In this document: positions 18,164-27,773 of the stretch, piece after piece | How positions within the stretch are numbered: position 1 is the stretch's first letter | Layout: each line of letters starts with the position of its first letter | Source of the DNA: an uncultured bacterium | GTDB taxonomy: Bacteria; Myxococcota_A; UBA796; CAJQPC01 | Assembly (NCBI GenBank): GCA_905480105.1 | Contig: CAJQPC010000071.1 | Coordinates: forward strand, 55,594 to 119,593 | Direction of reading: 5' to 3' | Length of the DNA stretch: 64,000 bases | Translations under genes and position numbers: made by a program | Notes under the pieces: generated by a model | The model's database searches: none | What the model was told of the DNA's origin: nothing | The model's input: only the letters and a program-made list of their open reading frames with translations

Positions 18164-20233
18164 TCAGACCTGCAAAAGCCCCAGCTCTCCCACTCGCTCC
18201 AGCGCTCTCTTGGCCAGGAGCACATCTCCTTCCCAGCCAGACAAGGCATCTTCCACGGAGAGAGGCTCTTGGGATGGAGATGCAGCCTCGATGACCTCGA
18301 TGAGCCACTGGACAAGATCGGCATCGCTCAGCCGGATCTGGGAGACCCCGTCAACGGTGTGTACGACCAGCTCTCCTTCTTCCTCCCAGACTCCTCCGCC
18401 GATCCAGATCAGGCGCTGGCCCTTGGGCTGGGGCTCTAGGAGAGCCTGGGCGATGCGCTGGGGGGGTTCAAGGGTCGCTAAGACAGGCTCGCTAAACCAG
18501 CTCTGCACAGGGCGGTCCAGGTCCCGGCGACGCAGCCAAGACTCCAAGGCCAAGGGCAGCACCGTATCGAAGCGGTCGTGGTCGCCGCCCTGTGGATCCA
18601 GGTGTGGCACGTCTCCGGCGCCAAAGCCCGGGGTGTACGTTGGAATCACAACGCCGAACTTGGCGGGGTCGGCGTGCACGGGGGCGTGACGTGTGAGAGT
18701 AAAGCGGTGCCAAAAGGCGGAGTCCAGCAGGCCGGCGGCAAAGAGCTGGCGCACCAGTTCCATGGAGTCGACGGTCTCCTGTTCACTTTGGGTGGGAAAG
18801 CCATACATCAGGTAGGCGTGGACCAGAACACCGGCCATCGAGAAGGCGTGGGCGCAGCGGGCCACTTGCTCCACTGTGACCCCCTTCGCCATTCGCTCAA
18901 GCAAGCGGTCGGAGGCGACCTCCAAGCCGCCAGTGACGGCGACCATGCCAGCGGCGGAGAGCAAACGGCACAGGTCGGGCGTGAAGGCTTTCTCGAAGCG
19001 GATGTTGCCCCAGAAGGTGACGCTGAGTCCGCGCTCAAGGATGCCGAGTGCCAGGTCGCGGAGCCCCTTGGGGGGTGCAGCCTCATCCACCAGATGAAAG
19101 CCGCTGACCCCGGTCTCCTCGATGAGCTCCTGCATCTGGTCGAGCAGCATCTCAATGCGCGCAGGCTCGTAGCGGCCAATGTAGTCCAGGCTGACATCGC
19201 AGAATGCGCAGCGCTTCCAGTAGCAGCCGTGGGCCAGGGTGAGCTTGTTCCAGCGGCCCTCGGACCAGAGGCGGTGGGCGGGGTTTAGGGTGTCGAGCAA
19301 ATCCAGGTACAAGCTAAGATCCAGGTCGCCGTAGTGGGCGGCGCTGGTCATAGGCGGACGCTCAACTTCGGCCTGGTGCCAACCGGACTGAGTCAGGGTT
19401 CGATGGCGCCGGTCCCCTCCGCCGTTGTGGTGCTCCAGGAGCGCCAAAATGGGCCCCTCGCCATCATCGAAGCTCAGTGCGTCTACGCACTCCCACAGGC
19501 GGGGCTCTTTCACCTCGCGCAGCTCGGTGTTCACGTACCCGCCGCCCATCCAGACCTGCGCACCGCGGGCCTTTAGGGCGCGGCCGATGCGTAGGGCTCC
19601 ATAGAGGTTGCCCGGGAAAGGAACGCTCAGGCCAATGGGCGCGTCCAACGGCAGAGTGTCGATCAATGCGTCCAGATGTTGGTCCACCAAGCTCGTCTGC
19701 TGAAGGCGCTCCCAGAGCGGATCGAAGGGTGCGGGCGAAAGAGCCAAGTGGTGCTGGTAGCGGGCCAGCCCAAAGCCAGGGTCGATGCAGGCTGTGACCA
19801 GATCCGCCAAGTCCGCCAGATAGAGGGTGGCCAGGTGCCGCGCAGCGTCCTGGGCTGCCAGCGGTCCAAAGCCCTGTAGGTCGGATCGTTCTAGCCGCGG
19901 CCCCACTGGAAGAAAAGCTGTGTGCAGAATGCGATGGGCCACGGAGCTGTCCCGCCCCTGCAAAAAGCGCATGGCAGGGCCAACAGCCGCCAGGTGGGCA
20001 TTCGCCAGGGCCAGAGCCCGCCAACCGGGCTCCGGGAGCTCTTCATGCTGCTCTATCTCTTCGAAGATCTGACTCAACCCGTCCTGAGAGAACAGGCTGT
20101 GTACCAATTCGATCCCCAGGTCTCGCTGGGAGACATGAACGCCCCGCTGTTCCAAAAAGCGCGCCAAATAAGCGGTGCCTGGGTAGGGCGTATTCAGCTG
20201 GGTCAACGGGGGCTGTACGAGCAACAAGCGCAT
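18164..20233 (-). CDS. B12-binding-domain radical SAM protein with non-canonical CX4CX2C motif
   Basis: N-terminal MRLLLVQPPL... B12-binding-like domain. The cluster motif GCYWKRCAFCD was verified on the DNA at 19199-19225 (tgc tac tgg aag cgc tgc gca ttc tgc). 689 aa. Confidence 0.85.
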   Translation of the reverse strand: MRLLLVQPPLTQLNTPYPGTAYLARFLEQRGVHVSQRDLGIELVHSLFSQDGLSQIFEEIEQHEELPEPGWRALALANAHLAAVGPAMRFLQGRDSSVAHRILHTAFLPVGPRLERSDLQGFGPLAAQDAARHLATLYLADLADLVTACIDPGFGLARYQHHLALSPAPFDPLWERLQQTSLVDQHLDALIDTLPLDAPIGLSVPFPGNLYGALRIGRALKARGAQVWMGGGYVNTELREVKEPRLWECVDALSFDDGEGPILALLEHHNGGGDRRHRTLTQSGWHQAEVERPPMTSAAHYGDLDLSLYLDLLDTLNPAHRLWSEGRWNKLTLAHGCYWKRCAFCDVSLDYIGRYEPARIEMLLDQMQELIEETGVSGFHLVDEAAPPKGLRDLALGILERGLSVTFWGNIRFEKAFTPDLCRLLSAAGMVAVTGGLEVASDRLLERMAKGVTVEQVARCAHAFSMAGVLVHAYLMYGFPTQSEQETVDSMELVRQLFAAGLLDSAFWHRFTLTRHAPVHADPAKFGVVIPTYTPGFGAGDVPHLDPQGGDHDRFDTVLPLALESWLRRRDLDRPVQSWFSEPVLATLEPPQRIAQALLEPQPKGQRLIWIGGGVWEEEGELVVHTVDGVSQIRLSDADLVQWLIEVIEAASPSQEPLSVEDALSGWEGDVLLAKRALERVGELGLLQV

Positions 20234-20269
20234 GAGACCACCTAACCCAGCGCCGAGTTCTGCTACCGT

Positions 20270-21187
20270 TTGAGCGTGGCTGAACTTGTCTTAGCAATCG
20301 CGCGACTCCCCCTGGCGCTCGGTGATCCCATGCGGGATCTCCTGGCAGAAGCGGAGCGCAACGCAGAGAAACACCGTGGATTGCCCTGGATGGTCGTGGG
20401 GGGTTCTCGACGGGAGCGTCTAGCGATTCTGCGGTCGGACATGACCCCACCGGAGTGCGCAGCGGCCGAATACGCACTGTTCTGCGAGCCAGAAGTAGAC
20501 TGGGTGGTGACCGCAGGCGAGGCCGTATTGGCGTCGGGCGCGGGCATACTGCGCCACCTGTTCGTCCGCAGAAGCTTTCCAGGTGGCACCTGGGAGGTCC
20601 ATACGCGGGCCTTTATCACCCACCCCCAGGGCGTTTCTTGGCTCACGGAGTGGTCCCGAAGCGACGGAGAAGGTCCCGAGGGCGGCCGCTTGGCCCAGCT
20701 CTTCGTAGAGCCGAGCACCGACTCGGTACGCTTGGTCTCTGACACCCCGGAGCTCCAACCCGAGGCGATCGTCCAAGTCCCAGAGGGCGCAACTCCAGAA
20801 GACGTAGCCCGCATGGCTGGACACTTGATGGAGAGCTGGTTTGTGTCCAAGGGCCGCCTGCCAAGTGCCGTGCTGCGCTACGGACGAGGGACGATCGAAG
20901 TCCGCTTGATGCCTGATCGAGCCGCTGACTCAGACGCCACAGACCTGGCTCTTCAGCTCGCCCAAGACCCCGAAACCCTAGCCGTTGGGGTGTTCTCCCG
21001 GGGACAGGATCCCCAGGTCCAACCGCCGGCCGACCAGCTCCTGCTGCAGCTGGAGTTCCGAGAGGGTCCCGCCCTGACTTGGCGCCGCCGCTATCGCGTG
21101 GTGGCTGCAAATCGGGCACGCTGGTTAGATTCCGCAGGCGAAATCTTGCCGAGTCGGCGTGGCCGACGCTGGCTGCAGACCCGGTGA
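20270..21187 (+). CDS. hypothetical protein
   Basis: 305-aa ORF with TTG start; an alternative ATG lies at 20330. No motif recognised. Stop overlaps the next start (GTGA 21184-21187). Confidence 0.5.
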   Translation: MSVAELVLAIARLPLALGDPMRDLLAEAERNAEKHRGLPWMVVGGSRRERLAILRSDMTPPECAAAEYALFCEPEVDWVVTAGEAVLASGAGILRHLFVRRSFPGGTWEVHTRAFITHPQGVSWLTEWSRSDGEGPEGGRLAQLFVEPSTDSVRLVSDTPELQPEAIVQVPEGATPEDVARMAGHLMESWFVSKGRLPSAVLRYGRGTIEVRLMPDRAADSDATDLALQLAQDPETLAVGVFSRGQDPQVQPPADQLLLQLEFREGPALTWRRRYRVVAANRARWLDSAGEILPSRRGRRWLQTR

Positions 21188-21948
21188 TCCTTACCTTGTT
21201 AGCCTGCTCGACGAGCGAGCCTGGCATAGGCGGCGGCGGCCAAGACACCTCTTTTGACTACGTCGCCACGTCGCCAGAGCTGCAAGGCCAAGACGCCGCA
21301 GCCCGGGCACAGTCGCTCTTGGATGCGGGTCTGCCTGCGGGGGCAACGCTGGTTCAAAGCTGGACCGATATCGTGGACACCTATGCAGACGCCCAGTGTC
21401 CGGAACGCGTGGACTACTCCATGCTGGATGCCCCCTTCGGCTGCGCATCCAGCACCGGCGCCTACTTTTCAGGGATGACAGGGCTAAAGCACGTTGGCAA
21501 CAGCATCGAACTGGTCTGCGACGCCTATGTGGTGACCCCCGACGGAGAGCGATTTGAGTGCGGGGGCGAGATCATTCAGTTGGTCGACCCAAGCGGTCGT
21601 GGACGCTGGACCTTGATGGTGGGTACCTTTGGCTGGATGTCCCAGCCCCTTCAGAGCGGCGGCGCCTACAGCGCTGCTTTGCGCATCGAGGCCCGCACCG
21701 ACGGCACTCTGGTGCTGAATGGGGGGCTCGGCCATAGCGGGCTGGCGATAAACTTTGAGGCATTGGAGTGGCGCGGGGAGGTCCGGAGCGGAGCCCTCTC
21801 CGTGCACAGCGACGAAGGGTGGTACCGCTCGGTCCTGGGACCAGCTGGCTGCGGGAGCTGGGTGTTCGAGGCCGGTGGCGCCGTGGGGCAGGGCTGCGTG
21901 GAGCTTGAGCCGGCGATCCAGGCTTGGCTGACCGGAGTGGGCCTGTGA
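21184..21948 (+). CDS. hypothetical lipoprotein
   Basis: In-frame GTG 21184 gives the lipobox signal VILTLLAC. Gly-rich mature protein. Confidence 0.55.
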   Translation: MILTLLACSTSEPGIGGGGQDTSFDYVATSPELQGQDAAARAQSLLDAGLPAGATLVQSWTDIVDTYADAQCPERVDYSMLDAPFGCASSTGAYFSGMTGLKHVGNSIELVCDAYVVTPDGERFECGGEIIQLVDPSGRGRWTLMVGTFGWMSQPLQSGGAYSAALRIEARTDGTLVLNGGLGHSGLAINFEALEWRGEVRSGALSVHSDEGWYRSVLGPAGCGSWVFEAGGAVGQGCVELEPAIQAWLTGVGL

Positions 21949-23540
21949 TGCTCTGGGCCTGGCTGGCTTGCGCTCCGGAACCCGATCTGGTTCCCCTGGA
22001 TAGCCCACGCCTATTGCGCCGCGTATCCCTGGATCTCAGGGGAATGCTGCCGAGCCAGGCTGAGCTGGATGCGGTGGAGAAGGACCCCAAAGCTCTAAAC
22101 GGAATCCGGGCCGACTACCTGGAAGACCCCGCATTCCAGGAACGGCTCGTCCAGATCTTCGCTGAGCGCTGGCACACCCGAGTGGAGAGCTACTACATCT
22201 TTCACACCGAGTTCCAACACCTGGACAGCCCCGAGATGGAGCACCCCTTCGAGGCGTCTATTGGAGAGGAGCCCCTCCGCCTACTGGCCCATGTGGTGGC
22301 CCAGGACAGGCCCTGGGGCGAGGTCGTGCACGCCGACTACAGCTTTGCAAACCCGCTGCTCGCGAGCATCTGGCCGCTCGCCTGGGAGGAGGGAGACGTG
22401 GGTTGGCAGAAGACCTACTACACCGATGGCCGACCCACCGCTGGGGTGCTGAGCAGCAACGGACTGTGGTGGCGCTACCAGACCACATTGACGGGAAACA
22501 ACCGGGGCCGGGCCAACGCCATCGCCCGGCTGCTGGTTTGTGATGACTATGCCACCCGGCAGGTGGATTTTGAGAACCTTCCCCCCCTCTCCGACGAGGC
22601 CGCTTTAGAAGCCGCCATCAAAAACGTTCCGACCTGCACCAGCTGCCACGCCACCCTGGACCCTATCGCCAGCACCTTGTTCGGCTTTTGGCTCTCCGTC
22701 CAGGACAGCGCGACAGAGCTGAGCACCTACCACACAGAGCGAGAGGCCATGGGTCCGCTGTTGCTGGAGGTAGAGCCCGCATGGTTTGGAACGCCCGTGC
22801 GTGATCTGGAAGGGCTGGGGCACGCGATCTCCCAGGATCCACGCTTCTCCCAGTGCGCGATCCAGTCCATGGCCGAGGCCACTTGGCGCAGACCGGTGGA
22901 CCCCGTTCAAGATCTACCGCGCATGCAAGCCCTCCAACAAGTCTATGGCGCCCACAATGGGCAGCTCAAACAGGTGATTCTGGCCCTGACCCAGACCCCT
23001 GAGTACCAAGCAGGCGCCTTTGGGGTGGGCGCCACCGACCAGCAGCGGGAGACCGAGCGCACCACCCGCATGCTCACCCCTGCACAGCTCACGGTGAGCA
23101 TTGAGGACCTGACTGGCTTTGTCTGGATGGACACCGGTTTTGACCAGCTGGACAACGACAAACTGGGTTTTCGCACCATGGCTGGCGGGGTGGATGGCGT
23201 GAACACGACGGTGCCCCTGCACACGCCAAGCCTAAGCACCACTCTGGTGGCTCAGCGGCTCGCAGAGGGCGCCGCATTCCACGTCATGACCGGGGAGCCC
23301 TTTGCGCTGGGGGGACTGTTGGAGGGAGCCGACCTGGCCTCGCGGCCGGGGGACCGTGACTTTGATGCGGTTCTGGAACGCCTGGTGTGGCGCACGCAAG
23401 GGGTCCGTCCGGACAAGGAGCAACTCCAAGACCTGGGTACGCTCTGGCTGGATCTGAGAGCTCTGGACGGAACATCAACCCTTGCGTGGCAGGGAACCTT
23501 GTCCGCCCTAATGCGCGACCCCGCGTTCTTGAGCTACTGA
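21948..23540 (+). CDS. DUF1549/DUF1588-like protein (partner of DUF1501), lipoprotein
   Basis: ATG 21948 overlaps the upstream stop (TGATG) and gives the signal MLWAWLAC. RRVSLDLRGMLPS resembles the DUF1549 signature. The CTSCHATLDPIA block resembles DUF1553/1588-type motifs. No CxxCH heme site was seen elsewhere. Confidence 0.55.
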   Translation: MLWAWLACAPEPDLVPLDSPRLLRRVSLDLRGMLPSQAELDAVEKDPKALNGIRADYLEDPAFQERLVQIFAERWHTRVESYYIFHTEFQHLDSPEMEHPFEASIGEEPLRLLAHVVAQDRPWGEVVHADYSFANPLLASIWPLAWEEGDVGWQKTYYTDGRPTAGVLSSNGLWWRYQTTLTGNNRGRANAIARLLVCDDYATRQVDFENLPPLSDEAALEAAIKNVPTCTSCHATLDPIASTLFGFWLSVQDSATELSTYHTEREAMGPLLLEVEPAWFGTPVRDLEGLGHAISQDPRFSQCAIQSMAEATWRRPVDPVQDLPRMQALQQVYGAHNGQLKQVILALTQTPEYQAGAFGVGATDQQRETERTTRMLTPAQLTVSIEDLTGFVWMDTGFDQLDNDKLGFRTMAGGVDGVNTTVPLHTPSLSTTLVAQRLAEGAAFHVMTGEPFALGGLLEGADLASRPGDRDFDAVLERLVWRTQGVRPDKEQLQDLGTLWLDLRALDGTSTLAWQGTLSALMRDPAFLSY

Positions 23541-24775
23541 TGCTGTCCAGACGCCAACTTCTGGCCGCCGCAAGCGCAGGGCTGATGCTCCCATTGATCG
23601 GAAACGGCTCAGGCACAACAAAAAGGCGACTCCTGGTGATCTACGCGATGGGGGGATGGGACCCCACCTGGGTGTTCACGGATGTCTTGGGCCACCCGAG
23701 CTTCTTTTACGACCAGAGCGCCCAGATGGCAGAGGGCCAAGCCGGTCTGCCTTTCGTAGACAGTCCCGATCGACCTGCAGTCCGTACCTTCTTTGAGCGC
23801 TTTGGCGCGAAGACCAGCTTGATCAACGGCATGCGAGTACCCGGCCTGACTCACCCGGCTGCTCTGAAGCTGCTGATGACGGACAGCAATGCACCCAGCG
23901 CACCCGACTGGGCGAGCCTCATCGCCGCACATGCCAGCGAGCTGGAGCTTCCCTTGGTGGTGTCCAGTGGGCCCATCTTTCCAGGGCCCCACGGCGCACA
24001 GATCACCCGATTGGGACAGAGCGGCCAGCTGGTAAAGCTCCTGGACGGCACCGCCCTGGCTGGCTCCGCCTTAGCTGCTGAACCCCTGGACGTGAGCGCA
24101 TCCGACGCTGTGGACGCCTACCTGTCCGAACGCGCCTCGCAGCTACCGGAGAGCGCCTTTACCCAGGACTACACGCGGGCCTTGGACCGCGTGGCCCAGC
24201 TGAGTCGACTGCAGGACCAACTTGACCTGAGCATCGAGTACGACGAGGACCTGTCTGTCGCCGAACGCTTGCGGCCCGCCTTGGACTGCATGGAGGCCGG
24301 GCTGAGCCGAGTGGTGTCCACCGCTCACATGGGTTTCCGCTCCGGCTGGGACCACCACTCAGGCATTGAGCAACAGTCTGGGCACTACCAAATCCTGTTC
24401 ACGGATCTGGTGGATATCTTGGACTCCATGGAGCGTCGGCCCGGCCTTGCAGGCGGCAGTCTGCTCGATGAAACCGCTGTGCTGGTGTGCAGCGAGATGG
24501 GCCGCGCTCCCATCGTAAACGGTGCCGGGGGCAAGGACCATTGGGTGTTCACCACCGCGATGCTCATCGGCTCCGGCGTTCAAGGCGGCCAGGTCATCGG
24601 AAGCTACAATGCGGATTTTGAAGGACAAGCCATCGACCTTCGCACCGGGCTTGTCGATGCCCAGGGCAGCCTCTTTGACTCCGGCCACTTGGGCGCCACT
24701 CTGTGCGAACTAATGGGAGTGCCACAGCCCGCACAGATCAACGGGAAGGCCCCCTTGGAGGCCATCCTGAGTTAG
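23540..24775 (+). CDS. DUF1501 (sulfatase-like) protein with twin-arginine signal
   Basis: ATG 23540 overlaps the upstream stop (TGATG). TAT-like signal MLSRRQLLAAASAG. C-terminal GGKDHW motif is typical of DUF1501. Confidence 0.7.
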   Translation: MLSRRQLLAAASAGLMLPLIGNGSGTTKRRLLVIYAMGGWDPTWVFTDVLGHPSFFYDQSAQMAEGQAGLPFVDSPDRPAVRTFFERFGAKTSLINGMRVPGLTHPAALKLLMTDSNAPSAPDWASLIAAHASELELPLVVSSGPIFPGPHGAQITRLGQSGQLVKLLDGTALAGSALAAEPLDVSASDAVDAYLSERASQLPESAFTQDYTRALDRVAQLSRLQDQLDLSIEYDEDLSVAERLRPALDCMEAGLSRVVSTAHMGFRSGWDHHSGIEQQSGHYQILFTDLVDILDSMERRPGLAGGSLLDETAVLVCSEMGRAPIVNGAGGKDHWVFTTAMLIGSGVQGGQVIGSYNADFEGQAIDLRTGLVDAQGSLFDSGHLGATLCELMGVPQPAQINGKAPLEAILS

Positions 24776-24787
24776 CGGCTGGCCCTC

Positions 24788-26035
24788 TTAGAGATCCGAA
24801 ACCGAGGCGCTGGCCAAGAAACCTGCGCCAGCCGCGAAGAGCGTTCCGTCAACCACTTGGCACTGAAACAAGGCGTTGAACTTGGAGTCCAGGTTGGTCA
24901 TGACAATGTCCGCGGTCAGGTCCGTCCACGAGCTGCCGCCGTCTTTGGAGACGGCCAGCCAGCCGGCATCGTCCTGGGTGTCAGCCCCGACGGCCACCAC
25001 GAAGTTGTCGTCACCGCGGCAGACCATACGGGTCCAGGTGGAGTGCCCCAGCCCAGCCGGATCTGCGTACTCGACCACCGTGCTCATGTCGGTCTCGGTC
25101 CAGTTGGCCGCCTGATAAGCACTGCTCTTCCAGTCGCTGCCGATGGTGTAAACCATGCCGCGATCGCCATCCTGATCCACGCAGCCAACAGCCAGTCCGT
25201 CAGCGTTGCCATCGATCCCCCAGCACTCGCCGTCCCAGACGCTAAAGGACTCGGAGTTGAGCACCACGCTCTCCCACATCTGGTCAGCCAAGTCGTCGCC
25301 GCTGGAGTCGGAGCCAAAGTCGAAGGAGCGCGGAGGCAAGTAGACCACCGGTGGGTAGTTGATGGTGGAACCCACACCCAGGATCTCATCGTCTACAACC
25401 GTCATGTCCAAGACCTGGACATGACCATCCTCACCCGAGCCGTTCCACCAGCCGTAGCCGCTGGCCCAGCCGTCGTTCTCCGCGTGCGTGCTCTGCCAGG
25501 AGCTGTCGTTGTAATGGTTCACCACGATGCCGGTTCCGGTCAGGGACTCCGCAACCATGGTGGTGGAGTTGCGCGCAAAGGAACCTGCCGTGAAGGAGAA
25601 GTCCACATTGGTACCGTTCGTGTACAAAGCGTTCAAGGCGCCGGTGGAGGTGTCCAGGCTGATCACGCGATAGCTGCTGTCCCCTTCTCCAGCGACGTAG
25701 AGCAGGCCTTCGGCTCCGCGGGAGATGTGGTCGACGCGCATGGTGGCAAAGTAGCCGCCCGCTTCATCCGCGGGAGCGGACCAAGTGGCGCCTGCGTCGG
25801 AGGTCATGAACAGACCGTCACCCTCGGCGTTCTGGCCGCAACCTACGTAGCAGGTCGTTGCGTTGTCACACAGCAGCGCGTCTACGCGGCTGCCAGAACA
25901 AGGCGTGTTGCCTAGGGTCCAAACATCGCCGCTGACAAGTGCAGTATCGGTGGCAGGGTCAGCGTCGCCCCCGTTTGTGCAGCCGATAAGGGTGCTTAGG
26001 CAGGCAACAGCGGCAACACAGAGAAGATTGCGCAT
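24788..26035 (-). CDS. BNR/Asp-box beta-propeller lipoprotein
   Basis: Lipobox STLIGC. Asp-box motifs TSDAGATW and SKDGGSSW. Confidence 0.7.
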   Translation of the reverse strand: MRNLLCVAAVACLSTLIGCTNGGDADPATDTALVSGDVWTLGNTPCSGSRVDALLCDNATTCYVGCGQNAEGDGLFMTSDAGATWSAPADEAGGYFATMRVDHISRGAEGLLYVAGEGDSSYRVISLDTSTGALNALYTNGTNVDFSFTAGSFARNSTTMVAESLTGTGIVVNHYNDSSWQSTHAENDGWASGYGWWNGSGEDGHVQVLDMTVVDDEILGVGSTINYPPVVYLPPRSFDFGSDSSGDDLADQMWESVVLNSESFSVWDGECWGIDGNADGLAVGCVDQDGDRGMVYTIGSDWKSSAYQAANWTETDMSTVVEYADPAGLGHSTWTRMVCRGDDNFVVAVGADTQDDAGWLAVSKDGGSSWTDLTADIVMTNLDSKFNALFQCQVVDGTLFAAGAGFLASASVSDL

Positions 26036-26239
26036 GATTCAATTCCCCAAAGGAAAGGAGTTCAAAGGCCCATACCGGGCCGCGTGGCTAAGATAGCGGC
26101 TTGGAGGAGCCAGCGCCCCAACGTACAGGCCGACATCCCAATATCGTCGTGGAGAAAGCCAGATTTACAGCTCTCGTCGTTGGTGCTCCCCCACGGGACC
26201 CGACACCCACGGGGTCAGACCAAGCGCCCCAAAGGCCGA

Positions 26240-26797
26240 CTATCCCGGACGACAGAGACTAAAGAAAGCCCCTTCCACCTTTCCATTTCGGTAAGCTTTG
26301 GAGATGATCAGGTCATTGCTCAGGCGCCGGACGACGTCCTTCATGCCACCGTAGACCAGCTTGTTGGTGCCCGAGTCGTTGCTGGCCAGCTGGGGAAAGC
26401 TTTCCGGAGCCGAATCGGCCTGCCAAAGGTAGTCGAAAATCAGTTGCTCACCGTGTTCGTCGCCACAGATCCGGGTCAGGTAGTGCCCCGGGCCACCAAA
26501 CCAAGCGGCAATACCAGAGTTGACGTTGTAGCCCTGGATCCGCCCCTCGTGATTGGCGAAGGCCTTGGCAAAATCGTTGAAGGCCGGCAGGCTGTTTCTC
26601 CCGGCCCACGTGCACTCCCCGCCTTGAGGAGTCAGAAAGAACTCTGGGGTGACATCCCGGCCCTCGGCCAGCTCATAGAGCCGTGTCATGGTGGCCTTTT
26701 TCAGGGTGCGCATCCATGCCAAGCGCTCCGCTGGGCTTGCGGCATCCAAGGCTGCCTCCAAGTCCGCCAAGGTGCAGTCAACTGGGCTGGGAATCAT
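26240..26797 (-). CDS. GXWXG/DUF4334-like protein
   Basis: ATG 26797 is preceded by GGAGG with a 4-nt spacer. CTWAG plus the C-terminal LVYGG..VVRRL..KVEGAFFSLCR resembles the GXWXG + DUF4334 architecture. This is from memory of the family and is not verified. Confidence 0.45.
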   Translation of the reverse strand: MIPSPVDCTLADLEAALDAASPAERLAWMRTLKKATMTRLYELAEGRDVTPEFFLTPQGGECTWAGRNSLPAFNDFAKAFANHEGRIQGYNVNSGIAAWFGGPGHYLTRICGDEHGEQLIFDYLWQADSAPESFPQLASNDSGTNKLVYGGMKDVVRRLSNDLIISKAYRNGKVEGAFFSLCRPG

Positions 26798-26846
26798 TCG
26801 GCCTCCGGGCAATGCCGCTATCATACAGCGTAGGAGGCCGCGATCT

Positions 26847-27728
26847 ATGACCTGCACCCTCGCTCTGATGGGCACACTCTTCGCCACGATGCTCGGCTGC
26901 ACCAAAGACAGCAATCTTGACGATACAAGCCCCACGGGCGGAGACGACACCCAGCTCGATGACGACACCGGAGAGCTGGCCGAGGTTCTGCACGGAGAGT
27001 CTGTGGTTTTCCACAACGGCACCCAGTTCGTGTCCTTTGAGAACGTGAACTACGCGCTCTCAGAGGTGTCGATGGGCACCCAGGAACTGGGCAGCGGCAG
27101 CAGCTGGACGGCCCTGGCGGACTTTGATGGCGACGCCCGAGACGACATCTGGCAGCTCCCGGACGGCGGGGACAAGGCCAGCATCTTCATCAACGACGGG
27201 CAAGGGACATGGACGACCGCCGCGGATTTTGGGCCGGACACCAACGTGTCCAGCAAGCGTCCCGTGGTGGCCGGAGATTTCAACGGCGACGGCAAGGACG
27301 ACATCGGCCTCTTCAACACCACTGGCGGCCGATTCCTGGTCTATCCACTCGTTGTTACTGAGTTCTCATTGGACGACAAGGTGGGTACGGAGACCTCGCT
27401 TGGCACGGTTGGAACCTACATTGCGGCCGACATGAACGGCGATGGAACCGACGACATTGTCCAGCTGGCAGGATCAGACGTCCGCATCTACCGCGTCGTA
27501 AACATGATCCTAGTGGACGTGGAGACCCCCTGGTGGGAGGGCCGCGTTCCTGGTGCCGTGCACGCCTTTGGCATCGATCTGAACGACGATGGACAGGCTG
27601 AGCTGGCCACTTGGTCCGGCACCAAGCTGACGGTCTTCGGGGTTGCAGAGCTGGGCCCCGACCTGGAGAGCTCCGTGGAGTTCCAGCTGAGTTCCTCCGG
27701 CACACCGCACGCGGCAAAGATTCGCTAA
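26847..27728 (+). CDS. FG-GAP/VCBS repeat lipoprotein
   Basis: AGGAGG lies upstream of ATG 26847. Lipobox MLGC. Four Ca-binding-like repeats: FDGDARDD, FNGDGKDD, MNGDGTDD and LNDDGQAE. Confidence 0.75.
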   Translation: MTCTLALMGTLFATMLGCTKDSNLDDTSPTGGDDTQLDDDTGELAEVLHGESVVFHNGTQFVSFENVNYALSEVSMGTQELGSGSSWTALADFDGDARDDIWQLPDGGDKASIFINDGQGTWTTAADFGPDTNVSSKRPVVAGDFNGDGKDDIGLFNTTGGRFLVYPLVVTEFSLDDKVGTETSLGTVGTYIAADMNGDGTDDIVQLAGSDVRIYRVVNMILVDVETPWWEGRVPGAVHAFGIDLNDDGQAELATWSGTKLTVFGVAELGPDLESSVEFQLSSSGTPHAAKIR

Positions 27729-27773
27729 ACAGACCGGACTGACCGATTCCCTTGGACCCGGTTAGCCGAGCGC

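Noticed and set aside
16083-20270. The rSAM + S41 protease + lipoprotein operon as a RiPP biosynthetic cluster.
   Set aside because: No candidate precursor-peptide ORF is present. Only 36 nt lie upstream of the rSAM and 15 nt lie between the rSAM and the protease. It is kept only as a weak note within the rSAM finding.
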